Shown: positions 1 to 10,698 of the stretch, one piece after another | How positions within the stretch are numbered: position 1 is the stretch's first letter | Layout of the letters: the number at the start of each line of letters is the position of its first letter | Assembly (NCBI GenBank): GCA_965224195.1 | Contig: OZ245040.1 | Location: 864,001-928,000 of the forward strand | Source: Nitrosopumilus sp. | GTDB lineage: Archaea; Thermoproteota; Nitrososphaeria; Nitrososphaerales; Nitrosopumilaceae | Length of the DNA: 64,000 nt | Direction: 5' to 3' | Translations under genes and position numbers: made by a program | The notes under the pieces: model-generated | Databases searched by the model: none | Told to the model about the DNA's origin: nothing | What the model saw: the letters and a program-made list of their open reading frames with translations, nothing else

Positions 1-264
1 TGGGAGGATTTTTTCCTTCAAACAGAAAGAGACATACAATTCTTACAACTTAAAAATCCTGATCTCTATGAAGACATGGTAAGAATAATTCAATCAAACA
101 GAGTATTATTAAATCCAAATAGATTTGAAAATATCCAGCCAACATTTGAACCAGATACCATGATTGCTTGGATAGGTAATATTAGAAGATTATTGCCAAT
201 CTTACGATCAGTAAATCATTCTTTTATTCAATTTCAAAATGAACATAGGACATTCCTAAATTAA
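1..264 (+). CDS. hypothetical protein, 5'-partial
   Basis: Frame open from base 1 (WEDFFLQTERDIQ...) to TAA at 262-264; no recognised motif. Confidence 0.55.
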   Translation, partial: WEDFFLQTERDIQFLQLKNPDLYEDMVRIIQSNRVLLNPNRFENIQPTFEPDTMIAWIGNIRRLLPILRSVNHSFIQFQNEHRTFLN

Positions 265-286
265 AAACACACACTTAACTGGATTT

Positions 287-1075
287 TTATTTTTTTGTCT
301 TTTTTAATCTGCGATGAATCTCTTCAATTAATTCTTGAATTTGAAAAAAAGCAAGTTCAGATTGTTTTTGTGTATATCTTTCTCCTGGATGTTGGGCTGT
401 ATTTCGTTTATTCCTCCTAAATTGAAGTAATCCTATAAGATGATCTTTTTCACCCAATTCCTTTTTCAAAGCTGCTTCTAAATCTCCCCAATTGGAATTT
501 TCTGGAGGTTCTTTCTTCATAATTTTTTTATAGAATTTTTTTACCATATGTTCTCCAACTCTATTCATTATCATTACTGCTGGAGTCGGAAGCCCATTTC
601 CAATACAACCATATGCATCACTAAGATCTTTTCTTGCTATCGGACCTACCATCTTAGATAATTTATTCACTTCAATACCTAATTTATCCAAATCAATTAA
701 TTCTGTAGATGGTTCTTTGAACTCGTTTGTTATTGTTTCATACCATGTTGAAGATTGTTTTTCGAGTTTTGTTGCATCTTCTAATGTTATGAACATTTTT
801 GTTTTTTCTTTAGATTCTAATTCATATTCTTCATCAAATTTCTTTATCCACTGTTCTATTTCTTCTGAAATTTTTTTAATTTCTTCATATCTTTTACTTA
901 GAGCAAGTGTTAATGGAATTGTATTCTTTAAAACATATAAAATGAAATTCTTACCTTTGACCTTGATTTCTGCATCATGTTGTGTCACTTTACGACATGA
1001 TTCATACACATATCCCAAGTCCCATGAAATTCTCATAAAATGTGGAATAAAATTTCTAGAAACCAATGTTTTCAT
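287..1075 (-). CDS. hypothetical protein with C-terminal HEPN/DUF4145-like domain
   Basis: 262-aa ORF with RNxxxH motif (KRNTAQH) in a helical C-terminal region. Confidence 0.6.
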   Translation of the reverse strand: MKTLVSRNFIPHFMRISWDLGYVYESCRKVTQHDAEIKVKGKNFILYVLKNTIPLTLALSKRYEEIKKISEEIEQWIKKFDEEYELESKEKTKMFITLEDATKLEKQSSTWYETITNEFKEPSTELIDLDKLGIEVNKLSKMVGPIARKDLSDAYGCIGNGLPTPAVMIMNRVGEHMVKKFYKKIMKKEPPENSNWGDLEAALKKELGEKDHLIGLLQFRRNKRNTAQHPGERYTQKQSELAFFQIQELIEEIHRRLKKTKK

Positions 1076-1379
1076 TTTAAGTAATAATATTTTAAATCAT
1101 GCCTTTGAAAATGCCAAAAATATGTCGTAATAGGTATGAATTGTAAAAAACTATGTTTGTTTGAATTGTATTTGCTTTGATGTATTTTTCAAATATTCTT
1201 TGCTTGCCAAGGTATATTGTGTATCTTAAATCCTAAAATTTAATCGTATTTTTCTTAGCGATCTTTTTCAATTTATTACTAATACCCCCTGCTTTGAAAG
1301 GAATATCTAATTCAAAGATCTCAGGCTCCATTTTCTAAAATGGTGAAACGTATTAATAATTTAAAAAGCGATTTTCAAT

Positions 1380-1541
1380 ATGGCAGAAGCTAGTATTGCA
1401 GCATTTGGTGCAGCGGCAGGAGCTGCAATTGCATTGGCAATAGTTTGCTTTATTCTTCGAGGTAAAGGACATTCTGAAGGCTCACATAACCACGATTACG
1501 ATAAAGTCACATCAGATGATGCCCATGTTCATCAGGATTAG
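1380..1541 (+). CDS. small single-TM protein with His/Asp-rich tail (53 aa)
   Basis: MAEASIAAFGAAAGAAIALAIVCFILRGKGHSEGSHNHDYDKVTSDDAHVHQD; TATA-like TTTAAAAA upstream; below ORF-track cutoff. Confidence 0.65.
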   Translation: MAEASIAAFGAAAGAAIALAIVCFILRGKGHSEGSHNHDYDKVTSDDAHVHQD

Positions 1542-1633
1542 TTGAGTTTCTATTTTTTAAAATTTATTTTAAAAATACTTTCAACAATTTCTTGGTTCGC
1601 AATAGTTTTTTAATTCAAATATCTAGAGTAACC

Positions 1634-2023
1634 ATGAAACATTCTGTTGCAGTTGAAATTCCACACTCATCTGACATACTTTTAGAATTAGATGATACGA
1701 ATTCCCCAAACACTGTAAATGATTTTGTATCAAAGTTACCTTTTACAGTAGATCTTAATGTTTGGGGTGATGAAATTTACACATCAAAATCCCCAATATC
1801 CCAACCTGAAGAAAATGCAAAGTCTCCAGTTGAACTCAATGATGTTGCATACTGGCCTACAGGTAAAGCAATATGTCTATTTTATGGCCCTACACCGATT
1901 GGCAATCCTGGAGACATTACTCCTGCATCGCCAGTCAATATCATTGGAAAGATTATTTCTCCAGACAAAAAAATCCTAAATAATATTCATAGCGAGCAAG
2001 CTACGTTTAGCCTACAATCTTGA
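1634..2023 (+). CDS. cyclophilin-like fold protein (DUF369/TM1367 type)
   Basis: WGDEIY and VAYWPTGKAICLFYGPTP motifs. Confidence 0.85.
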   Translation: MKHSVAVEIPHSSDILLELDDTNSPNTVNDFVSKLPFTVDLNVWGDEIYTSKSPISQPEENAKSPVELNDVAYWPTGKAICLFYGPTPIGNPGDITPASPVNIIGKIISPDKKILNNIHSEQATFSLQS

Positions 2024-2024
2024 A

Positions 2025-2414
2025 TTATTCTTCAATAGGAATTTCTACAATATCTGTTTCAAGCAAATATGCTCTAAAGTTTTTGTTGATTCCCGAATAA
2101 ATTATCCATGCAACTGGACTACTTTGCATAAATTTTTTATCTGTATTTGATGGGTATGCATCTGAATCTGGATGTGAGTGAAATATTCCAATTACTTCCA
2201 TCTCTTTCTCTTCGGCAATTTTGTAACCTTCGATTAGTTGTTTATTTGAAATTGTAAAATTTACTGGAGATTTTTCTATATTTTCTGTTAGAAATAAATC
2301 TAAAACTTGATCATTTTTACCAAATAAAATGGCACATGATTCATTAGGTTTTTGATTCTCTGAGTATTCTGATAGGATTTTTTTATCTGCTTCTGATAAT
2401 TTTATTTTCTGCAA
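2025..2414 (-). CDS. JAMM/MPN+ (Mov34) metalloprotease
   Basis: ESCAIL and FHSHP...PSNTD JAMM motif. Confidence 0.9.
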   Translation of the reverse strand: MQKIKLSEADKKILSEYSENQKPNESCAILFGKNDQVLDLFLTENIEKSPVNFTISNKQLIEGYKIAEEKEMEVIGIFHSHPDSDAYPSNTDKKFMQSSPVAWIIYSGINKNFRAYLLETDIVEIPIEE

Positions 2415-2416
2415 AT

Positions 2417-3508
2417 CTATTCTACGTTAACAGTTCCTACCATACATGGGTGGAATGTGCAGAAATAATCAAAAATTCCTGCATCTGTAAATGTAAATTC
2501 GAAAATATCTCCTGCTGACATCATTTCTGAATCAAAGGTACCATCTGTTTCTGGTACTTTTCCTGATGTTACTGTGTGTACTGTAGTATCTGCATTATCC
2601 CATGCAACTGTAGTTCCAACAGTAATGTCTATTGTTTCTGGATCATAGTAAATTTGTCCGTCTTCAATAATTGCTGCTCCTTGTGGAATTGTTACTTTGG
2701 TTGGTTCTTTTGCAGCTTCAATAACTAAAGTTGCAACCATCCAGGGATGAACGATGCACAAGTATTCGTGTTCGCCCACTTCCAAACCATTTGAGTCTAA
2801 TGAGTAAGATTCTCCTGGACCAAACAATCCTGAATCAAATGTTTCCCCAAAGCCTACTGTACTTGTAACTGTATGTGCGGCAGCATCTGCATTTGTCCAT
2901 TCAATTACATGACCTTGTGTAACAACTGCGACATCTGGCGAATAGTCTGGATTTCCTTCTGTTGCAGAATCTTTTAGAATTTCAATTGCAAATATTGGTC
3001 CTGATGGTGTAAGATCTTCTGCTGGTTCATCAACACCTACTTGTTGAGGAATCATGTATGTGTCAGGAGATGAGAACATTCCAAATGATACACACATGAT
3101 AATTCCTGTAGCTGCTGCCATTGAAACAATTGCCCCGATTGGCTTTGCTACTTCTGGATGTTTCATGTATAGATATGAAATTATAATTGCAGGAAATGCA
3201 ATTGCCATTAAAATTCCGGCTAATGTAATTGTATAATTTGATGTATTCATAACCATTGCATACATTCCAAATCCTAATGATATTGATAAAATCACCAAAG
3301 TCGTAGCTTTGGCTCTATTACTTGTTGAAACCCCTCCATCCAAGATACCTGCTGCAAGGAAAATTAATCCAACAAACATGGTCAAGCCTGTAAGTGCATG
3401 CATGCCATCGATGAATGTATGTGCAATACCTGCATACGACAATGTAAGACCAGCTAATCCTATAGCTGTTAGTCCCATTCCTGGCATCATGAGGTCCCAA
3501 TTACTCAT
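2417..3508 (-). CDS. membrane protein with two blue-copper (cupredoxin) domains
   Basis: N-terminal TM helices; two HTVT...YxCxxHPxM type-1 copper motifs. Confidence 0.9.
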   Translation of the reverse strand: MSNWDLMMPGMGLTAIGLAGLTLSYAGIAHTFIDGMHALTGLTMFVGLIFLAAGILDGGVSTSNRAKATTLVILSISLGFGMYAMVMNTSNYTITLAGILMAIAFPAIIISYLYMKHPEVAKPIGAIVSMAAATGIIMCVSFGMFSSPDTYMIPQQVGVDEPAEDLTPSGPIFAIEILKDSATEGNPDYSPDVAVVTQGHVIEWTNADAAAHTVTSTVGFGETFDSGLFGPGESYSLDSNGLEVGEHEYLCIVHPWMVATLVIEAAKEPTKVTIPQGAAIIEDGQIYYDPETIDITVGTTVAWDNADTTVHTVTSGKVPETDGTFDSEMMSAGDIFEFTFTDAGIFDYFCTFHPCMVGTVNVE

Positions 3509-3603
3509 TTAAGATAGCTGATAGGACTGAGATACTTATTCCTTGCGAAATTATATGGATCTAGACGAAGAAATTAAATGGCTTTGGAATAGGATAGAGT
3601 GAA

Positions 3604-4491
3604 TTGGGATTTAATGAAATACTGGAGATATCCAAACCCAGAATTGTTGTTCTTTTAGTAATTACTGCAGTTACATCCATGTATGCTGCAAGTAAGCTAG
3701 TTCCAGGTGTTCCTGAGCTAGATTATTGGTCTTATTTGCATATTATTATTGCAGGTGCCCTAGCTTCTGCTGGATCAAGTGCACTGAACCACTATTATGA
3801 TAAAGACATTGATCCTAAGATGACTCGAACTAGTACAAGACCAATTCCTTCTGGAAGGATGGCAGCATCAAATGTTTTGATATATGGATTAGCTGTAAGT
3901 TGCATCTCTGTAATCTATGGCTACTTTGCATTGAATGCAGTTTCTGCATTCTTTATTGCAGTGGGAATTTTCTCGTATGTTGTAATTTACACAGTTTGGC
4001 TAAAACGAAGAAACACATCCAATATTGTTATTGGTGGTATTGCAGGTAGTGCAGCAGCTTGGGCAGGATGGTCAGCAGCTACAGGCAGTATGGATTTGTT
4101 AGGATTTTTAGTTGGTTTCTTAGTTTTTGTTTGGACTCCTTCTCACTTTTGGTGTCTTGCAATGAAAATCAAAGACGAATACGCAAAAGCAGAAGTTCCA
4201 ATGCTTCCTGTTGTTATCGGAATGCAAAAAACCTCGAAATTTATTTTAGGTAACACCTTAATTTTAATTCCGTATTCTCTGATACTTTCATTTATTCCAG
4301 ATGGTATGGGAATTGTTTATACTGTTATTGCAATAGTTTCTGGAGCATTGATGCTTGTATATCATTACAAATTAACAAAGACACCTACATCTGAATTTGC
4401 ATGGAAAGCATACAAAGTAACTGCTCCCTATCTTACAATAATTTTTGTAGCTGTTGCATTAGATGCAGCATTCCATTATCCGTTATTCTAA
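3604..4491 (+). CDS. cyoE: protoheme IX farnesyltransferase (heme o synthase)
   Basis: NHYYDKDIDPKMTRTSTRPIPSG and WTPSHF UbiA/CtaB motifs. Confidence 0.93.
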   Translation: MGFNEILEISKPRIVVLLVITAVTSMYAASKLVPGVPELDYWSYLHIIIAGALASAGSSALNHYYDKDIDPKMTRTSTRPIPSGRMAASNVLIYGLAVSCISVIYGYFALNAVSAFFIAVGIFSYVVIYTVWLKRRNTSNIVIGGIAGSAAAWAGWSAATGSMDLLGFLVGFLVFVWTPSHFWCLAMKIKDEYAKAEVPMLPVVIGMQKTSKFILGNTLILIPYSLILSFIPDGMGIVYTVIAIVSGALMLVYHYKLTKTPTSEFAWKAYKVTAPYLTIIFVAVALDAAFHYPLF

Positions 4492-4494
4492 AAT

Positions 4495-4791
4495 TTATTT
4501 ATCTACGCCTGGGAAACTAGCTTCGTAATCACTTTCAGTAGTTTCTTTAATTTGTTGTTCATGCTTGTCAACTGTTTTTTCAATTATGACTACTTCGATT
4601 CTACGCTCATCTTTTGTAATCCATGAAACCGTGATGAGCCCAAGAATTTCTAAATCTAAAAGAATTTTATTGAATCTGTCGTCTGCAATCACATGTCCAT
4701 CTTTTACAAGACTCTTGAAAAGTTCAACATCTGTTAAACGAGTTGCTTCCTTAATTTTATCAAATACTGTATTTCTTATTGGTATTGCCAT
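4495..4791 (-). CDS. conserved hypothetical protein (wHTH-like)
   Basis: 98-aa ORF directly downstream of cdc48. Confidence 0.75.
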   Translation of the reverse strand: MAIPIRNTVFDKIKEATRLTDVELFKSLVKDGHVIADDRFNKILLDLEILGLITVSWITKDERRIEVVIIEKTVDKHEQQIKETTESDYEASFPGVDK

Positions 4792-4794
4792 TTT

Positions 4795-6963
4795 TTATCC
4801 GTAGAATGATTTATCCCCTGACTTTGGTACCACGTTAGATATACTTTCCTTTACTGTATTGTACCATTGGTCTACTTCTTTTGTGATTGATGGTTTGACT
4901 TGTTTCAAACTATTTGCAAAGTCATGACTTGAAATCTTTGATGAATCATTTCTCATTGCTTCGACTGCAGCTTCTCTGCATAATGCTGCCAAATCTGCAC
5001 CTGAATAATTTTGAGTGGCTACTGCAATCTCTTTTAATTTCACATCACTTGCTAATGGCATTTTTTGTGTTAAAATTTTGATAATCTCTAATCTTCCTTT
5101 TTCATCTGGTGGACTTACATAAAGCACCAAATCTAGTCTTCCTGTTCTGAGTAAAGAATTGTCTAAAACATCTGGACGATTTGTAATTCCAATAACTACT
5201 ACTCTTGATGAAATACCTTCTTCAATTTCTGTTAGTAACTGACTTAGGATTGTTTCACCCGTTCCACCATCTCCTGATTTGGAACGTGCAATGGAATCTA
5301 ATTCATCAAATATTACTACACATGGAGATGCTGCTTTTGCTTTTCTAAAAATCTCTCTTATTGCTTTTTCAGATTCCCCTAACCATTTAGAAAGTATTTC
5401 TGGACCTCTAACTAAAACCATGTTTGCTCCAGTTTCAGTAGCTAAGGCTCGGGCAAGTAGAGTTTTACCACAACCTGGTGGACCATAAATCAAAGCTCCT
5501 TTTGGAGGTTTTATCCCCATCTTTGTAAATTTGGCTGGCTCTTTCATAGACATAATGAGATTATCTGAAAGTGATTTTTTGATATTATCCAGTCCTCCAA
5601 CATCTTTCCACCATACTTTTGATCTTTCAACATAGAATTCTCTCATAGCTGTAGGAACAACTTCTTGCATTGCGTCGTAAAAGTCGATTAGTTTGATCTG
5701 CATTGATTGTAGTACTTCAGAAGGGATTTTTTCTGTTTCAAGATCAATCTCTGGAAGATATCTTCTGATTGATTTTAGAGCAGCTTCTCTACAAAGTGAT
5801 TTGATATCTGCGCCAGTATACCCGTGTAATTCTGATGATAAATCTTTAAGATCAATATCATCGCTGATTGGCATTCCTCTGGTATGAATTTCAAGAATCT
5901 CTAATCTTCCATCTTCATTTGGGACTGAAATCTCAAATTCCCTATCAAATCTTCCTGGCCTTCTAAGGGCAGGATCTACACTATCTGGTCTGTTTGTAGC
6001 TCCTAGAACAATTACATTTCCTCTATCATTAAGACCATCCATTAATGCTAATAGTTGAGCAACCACTCTTTTTTCTACATCTCCATATGCTTCTTCTCTT
6101 TTTGGTGCAATGGCATCAATTTCATCTATGAAAATAATGCTTGGGGAATTATCTTTTGCTTCTTTGAAAATATCTCTTAGTTTAGCTTCTGTTTCTCCAT
6201 AATATTTGTTCATTATTTCTGGACCATTGATTGGAAACATGTTTGCTTCTGATTCACTTGCCATAACTTTTGCAAGTAGAGTTTTACCACAACCTGGTGG
6301 GCCATAAAGTAAAATTCCACTATGTGGTTCGATTCCCAATCTTACAAATAATTCTGGATGTTTTAATGGAAGTTCAACAATTTCTCTCATTGCTTTTATT
6401 TCACGTCTTAACCCACCGACTTCTTCGTATGTTACTCTGACTTTTCTGTCAATTGAGGTTTCTGTTGAAATATTCAAATTTGTGGTACGGTCAATTTTGA
6501 CGACTCCTTTTGGAGTTGTCTTTGAAATTTTAAAATCCATAGAGTTTCCTAAAATCATAACTGAAATTTCATCTCCATGATTTATTGGCAATCCCTTCAA
6601 TCTATTTTTAACAAAGTCTGTGAATTCTTTGTCAACTGTAACTGAATCATTTACTGGTGTTAATGAAACTGTTTTTGCAAATTTTGATGTGACTTTTCTA
6701 ATTTTTACAAAATCATTTAATGATGCACCAACATTTTTTCTTGTTTGTCCATCTATTCGAATAATATCTGGCAATTTTTCGTCTTCATCAACTGGCCAGA
6801 CCACTGCACAACTAGATCTTGAACCCATCACTTCAATAATATCGCCTGGTGTAACTTTAAGAAAATCCATTGCTTCAGGACCAATTCGAGCACGTTTCTT
6901 TCCTACGTCTCGTTGCTTTGCTTCTCCAATTCTCATTTGCAAAGGCTCTTCTTTGCGTGCCAA
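4795..6963 (-). CDS. cdc48: CDC48/VCP family AAA ATPase
   Basis: N-domain plus two AAA modules (GPPGCGKT x2, IDEID/FDELD, RPGRFD). Confidence 0.96.
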   Translation of the reverse strand: MARKEEPLQMRIGEAKQRDVGKKRARIGPEAMDFLKVTPGDIIEVMGSRSSCAVVWPVDEDEKLPDIIRIDGQTRKNVGASLNDFVKIRKVTSKFAKTVSLTPVNDSVTVDKEFTDFVKNRLKGLPINHGDEISVMILGNSMDFKISKTTPKGVVKIDRTTNLNISTETSIDRKVRVTYEEVGGLRREIKAMREIVELPLKHPELFVRLGIEPHSGILLYGPPGCGKTLLAKVMASESEANMFPINGPEIMNKYYGETEAKLRDIFKEAKDNSPSIIFIDEIDAIAPKREEAYGDVEKRVVAQLLALMDGLNDRGNVIVLGATNRPDSVDPALRRPGRFDREFEISVPNEDGRLEILEIHTRGMPISDDIDLKDLSSELHGYTGADIKSLCREAALKSIRRYLPEIDLETEKIPSEVLQSMQIKLIDFYDAMQEVVPTAMREFYVERSKVWWKDVGGLDNIKKSLSDNLIMSMKEPAKFTKMGIKPPKGALIYGPPGCGKTLLARALATETGANMVLVRGPEILSKWLGESEKAIREIFRKAKAASPCVVIFDELDSIARSKSGDGGTGETILSQLLTEIEEGISSRVVVIGITNRPDVLDNSLLRTGRLDLVLYVSPPDEKGRLEIIKILTQKMPLASDVKLKEIAVATQNYSGADLAALCREAAVEAMRNDSSKISSHDFANSLKQVKPSITKEVDQWYNTVKESISNVVPKSGDKSFYG

Positions 6964-6971
6964 AAAATCAC

Positions 6972-7253
6972 CTATTTCATGTCAACTGACATTCTACTCA
7001 TATTGAGAACTTCAAACTCACTTACTCCGTCAGTTGATCTTATTGCGTTCTCTAGAGCATCACTTTGACCTTCTTTATCTTCCAGAACAAATTCTGCCTT
7101 GATGCATTCTAAACCAAATGCTAATGGTTCTTTTGCATGTCTTTTCATTGACATTCCTTCTGGTAATGAAGTTTTAATGGTCTCAGCCAATTTATCTAAA
7201 TCCACTTCCATTCCTTTGGGAAGAATTTTTGTTATGAATAATAATTGAGTCAT
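6972..7253 (-). CDS. ef1b: archaeal elongation factor 1-beta
   Basis: EPLAFGL motif; size and position next to Zn-ribbon gene. Confidence 0.9.
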   Translation of the reverse strand: MTQLLFITKILPKGMEVDLDKLAETIKTSLPEGMSMKRHAKEPLAFGLECIKAEFVLEDKEGQSDALENAIRSTDGVSEFEVLNMSRMSVDMK

Positions 7254-7256
7254 TTT

Positions 7257-7439
7257 CTAAGGTCCCTGAAAATTACATGAGGAACAAGTATAGTTTCTTG
7301 CTGCTTCTCTGCAACTTTGACATCTCCAAATTAAATCTGCACCACAATTAGGGCAATTGAATTTTACACATTTATCATTAGGCATAATTGGTCTTTGACA
7401 GCAACTACATGTTGGTAACGATATGGTAGATGATGACAT
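7257..7439 (-). CDS. Zn-ribbon RNA-binding protein (DUF1610 type)
   Basis: Four CxxC pairs, FxCPNCG...GP end; upstream of aEF-1beta. Confidence 0.88.
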   Translation of the reverse strand: MSSSTISLPTCSCCQRPIMPNDKCVKFNCPNCGADLIWRCQSCREAARNYTCSSCNFQGP

Positions 7440-7492
7440 ACCCCAATTTTCTGTAAACATCATTTATACCTTCCTTAGAAATTATACGAATT

Positions 7493-8629
7493 CTAACCAA
7501 GTAATTTTTTGATTTCTCCACCAATTAGAGTTTGAGCTGTTTTAATTGAGCCTTTTAATCCTAGTAATTTTACAATTGACCCCGTATGAAAATCAAAATC
7601 ATCTTTTTCTGAAATCTCTTTTATGATTTCTGGAGTGATCGTCTCAAATAATTTGTTAATTGTATTGTTATCTATTCTTTCTAAAATCTTTCTAGCTAAC
7701 AATTGTTTTTCAAATTCTTTACCGAATCTATCAATCCATCTTTTTTGATATTGTTCTAAATCTTCTTTCTTGTTTGTTTTTAAAAATTTTGATATTGCTT
7801 GTCCTGCATACACTCCACCCATCCCACTAGTGAATATTCCTCCAGCTGTTGTTGGTTTTGCTTGCCCAGCTGCATCACCTATGATCACAGTATTACCTTC
7901 TACAAAATTTTTGATAGGCCCTTTAATCCAAATTGGAGCAAAGATTTTTCTAATTGTTGAAAATTTTCCTTTCTCTTTGAGAATATTCTCTAAGGTCTCT
8001 GATACTTTAATTCCTCTTCCAGCAATTCCTACTTTTCCTTTGCCTTCTCCTGATGGGATTATCCATGCAAAGAATCCTGGATATTTTTCTTGATCAAAAA
8101 TTACTTCTACTTTCCCTTTTTTTATCCAGTTCGCATAAATTTCGTATTGTGCTGATGATAAAATCCCGGTTCTATCTTTATAGATTAATGATGACACTCC
8201 ACGTGCATCAACAAAAATTTTACAGTCGATTTTTTCTTCACTAGTTCTAACTCCTGTATCTGTAATTTCTTGAAAACTTGTCCTAACTTTAATTTCTGCA
8301 CCATTTTTTTGAGCTTGGAAAGCAATTTGCTTATCTAATTCTCTTCTGCTAATCTCAATAACTTTTTGTTTCTTTGAATTAATTGTAAAACTATCTCCAT
8401 TTGGAGACATAATTTCAGCTGAGTCTATCATATGATCAAAAGTTTTTCTAAATGGTATCACTCCTAGTTCTGCTAATCCTGCTATGCTTACTAGACCTCC
8501 ACAATGTTCGGGAGTTCCTATCTCATAATCTTCCTCAATTACCAAAACTGAAAATCCATTTGAGGATATTTCTCTGGCACATAGTAATCCTGCAACACTT
8601 CCTCCAGCAATTACTACGTCATAGCTCAT
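7493..8629 (-). CDS. geranylgeranyl reductase family FAD oxidoreductase
   Basis: DVVIAGGSVAG, HCGG, IGDAAGQAKPTTAGGI. Confidence 0.88.
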   Translation of the reverse strand: MSYDVVIAGGSVAGLLCAREISSNGFSVLVIEEDYEIGTPEHCGGLVSIAGLAELGVIPFRKTFDHMIDSAEIMSPNGDSFTINSKKQKVIEISRRELDKQIAFQAQKNGAEIKVRTSFQEITDTGVRTSEEKIDCKIFVDARGVSSLIYKDRTGILSSAQYEIYANWIKKGKVEVIFDQEKYPGFFAWIIPSGEGKGKVGIAGRGIKVSETLENILKEKGKFSTIRKIFAPIWIKGPIKNFVEGNTVIIGDAAGQAKPTTAGGIFTSGMGGVYAGQAISKFLKTNKKEDLEQYQKRWIDRFGKEFEKQLLARKILERIDNNTINKLFETITPEIIKEISEKDDFDFHTGSIVKLLGLKGSIKTAQTLIGGEIKKLLG

Positions 8630-8695
8630 AGATTTTGTTTATTTGTCAATTATTTAATTCAAAAGTTTTTCATTAAGCCTAACTTTGATTATTGT

Positions 8696-9049
8696 ATGGG
8701 TGATATCAAACAGGTGATAGCTGTAAGAACTGATCTTGACATGGGAAAAGGAAAGATTGCAGCTCAGGTGGGTCATGCTTGTGTTCTTGGTGCAGAACAT
8801 GTTAGAAAATCACACCCTGAATGGTATCGAGAATGGTGGGGAGGACAAGAAAAAGTGGTCGTTAAAGTTTCTGGAACTAAAGAATTACAAGAAGTGAAAA
8901 GAGGTGCAATTGAACTTAATCTACCTTGGTCTGAAGTATCTGATGCAGGTCATACTCAGTTAGCCCCTGGAACTACCACATGCATATCTATTGGACCTGC
9001 TCCTGAGAATTTAATTGATAAAATTACTGGGGATTTTAAATTACTATAA
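8696..9049 (+). CDS. pth2: peptidyl-tRNA hydrolase Pth2
   Basis: MGKGKIAAQVGHA and DAGHTQ motifs. Confidence 0.95.
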   Translation: MGDIKQVIAVRTDLDMGKGKIAAQVGHACVLGAEHVRKSHPEWYREWWGGQEKVVVKVSGTKELQEVKRGAIELNLPWSEVSDAGHTQLAPGTTTCISIGPAPENLIDKITGDFKLL

Positions 9050-9099
9050 TTCCCATTTTCTTGGAATGAGATATAACAAGGTTCAATATTTTTTGTAAT

Positions 9100-10698
9100 A
9101 TGAAGAAGAAAGCAGTTGCAGTAACTATCTTTTTTGGATTCATTTTACTTTCATCAACTATAATGCTTGTACTACCTGGAATTGATCCTGGTACTGATAC
9201 TCCAGAACTTACTGTAACTGGAACACCTGCAGATAATTTCCCCGATGAACAACGTTCTCAATTTTGTGGTTCAAGTGATGCAAAGTCTACAGATTTTGTT
9301 CAAGAATTTTCAATTCCAACCTTGTGTACAAATCCTCTTGCAATTGTAACTGATTATGATGGAAACGTATGGTTTGCTGAAACTAATACTGGTAAAATTA
9401 CAAAATTTGATCCTATTTCTGAAACATTCACTGAATATGAAAATCCATTGTGGCCTCCAGGTGGACGTTCAATGATGTGGGGAATGGATTATGCTCCTGA
9501 TGGTTCTATATGGTATACTGACGAATCTTATGATTCTATATGGAAATTCTCAATTATTGATGAGACATATGATAGATTATCATATCCATCTGAAGGTGAT
9601 TCTTTACCTCAAAAACTTCTAGTTGATGGTTCTCAAATAATAATAAATGATTTTACTGGAAACAAACTCACATTTTTAGATCCTAATCAATCTGGTGAAG
9701 AAGTAAATTATCTTAGTATCCCATCCCCTACTGATAATTCTGTAACTGCAGACTTCGCAGTGGATGCAAATGACGATGTCTGGTACACTAATTGGTTATA
9801 TCAGCAAGGAGGAGTTTTAGTAAAATTTGATCAAAATGATTACCTTAACTCTGTTGCAAATTCTGGTAATCAATATCTTCCATTAACTGATTTTGTTGAA
9901 CTTTATCTGTTACCTGTCACACTTCTAACTCCTAATGGTATTACTGTGGCAGATGATGGTAATATTTGGATGGCTGATACAACATCTTCATCATTCTTTC
10001 ATTTTGATCCGATAACTGAGAACTTTGTACAATATGTAACATCTGATCCTATATTGAGCACATATGGTAATCAGACAGGCGTTGTAAAAACTCCAATATC
10101 CAGACCCTATTGGATTGAATCTGATGATCAAGGTAGAATTATTTTCAATGAACAAACTGCAAATAATATTTCTGTAATGGATCCAAAGTCTCAATCTCTT
10201 GTTGAATATCATATTCCTTCAAAGAATCCTAACTGGGCTGATTGTGATCCTGGAACAGGTATGATGTTGGCTGATTGTGGTGTTGCTCAAATCTTTGATT
10301 TCACTGTTGATGGTGAAAAAATCTGGTTCACTGAATGGGCAGAAAATAACATTGGGGTAGTTGATACATCTATTTCATTACCTTTGGAAATACAACTAAT
10401 ATCAACTTCTTTAACAACTACGCCTGGAAATTCAAAGCCAATTGACTTTGTAGTGTCATCTTTATCTCAAAAAGACCTACTTGATGTTTCATTAATTTTA
10501 TCTTCAACACATGATTTTTTAAATATTGGATTAGTTGATTCACCTGAAACATTCCAACTTGATTTTGATGCCCCTCGTCCGATCTCTCTTATCATTAATA
10601 CTACTGAAGATGCAATTCCTGGTACATACAAAGTTCTACTTGGTGCACAATTATCTGATGTTGCAATTAGCAAATATGTAACAGTGACAATAGAGTGA
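9100..10698 (+). CDS. secreted Vgb-lyase-like beta-propeller protein
   Basis: N-terminal signal/TM; repeated DGNVWF/DGSIWY blades. Confidence 0.8.
   Translation: MKKKAVAVTIFFGFILLSSTIMLVLPGIDPGTDTPELTVTGTPADNFPDEQRSQFCGSSDAKSTDFVQEFSIPTLCTNPLAIVTDYDGNVWFAETNTGKITKFDPISETFTEYENPLWPPGGRSMMWGMDYAPDGSIWYTDESYDSIWKFSIIDETYDRLSYPSEGDSLPQKLLVDGSQIIINDFTGNKLTFLDPNQSGEEVNYLSIPSPTDNSVTADFAVDANDDVWYTNWLYQQGGVLVKFDQNDYLNSVANSGNQYLPLTDFVELYLLPVTLLTPNGITVADDGNIWMADTTSSSFFHFDPITENFVQYVTSDPILSTYGNQTGVVKTPISRPYWIESDDQGRIIFNEQTANNISVMDPKSQSLVEYHIPSKNPNWADCDPGTGMMLADCGVAQIFDFTVDGEKIWFTEWAENNIGVVDTSISLPLEIQLISTSLTTTPGNSKPIDFVVSSLSQKDLLDVSLILSSTHDFLNIGLVDSPETFQLDFDAPRPISLIINTTEDAIPGTYKVLLGAQLSDVAISKYVTVTIE

Noticed and set aside
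2435-2465. HPCM instead of HPWM in the second cupredoxin site
   Set aside because: Single TGG to TGT change at a non-ligand position; Cys, His and Met ligands are intact.
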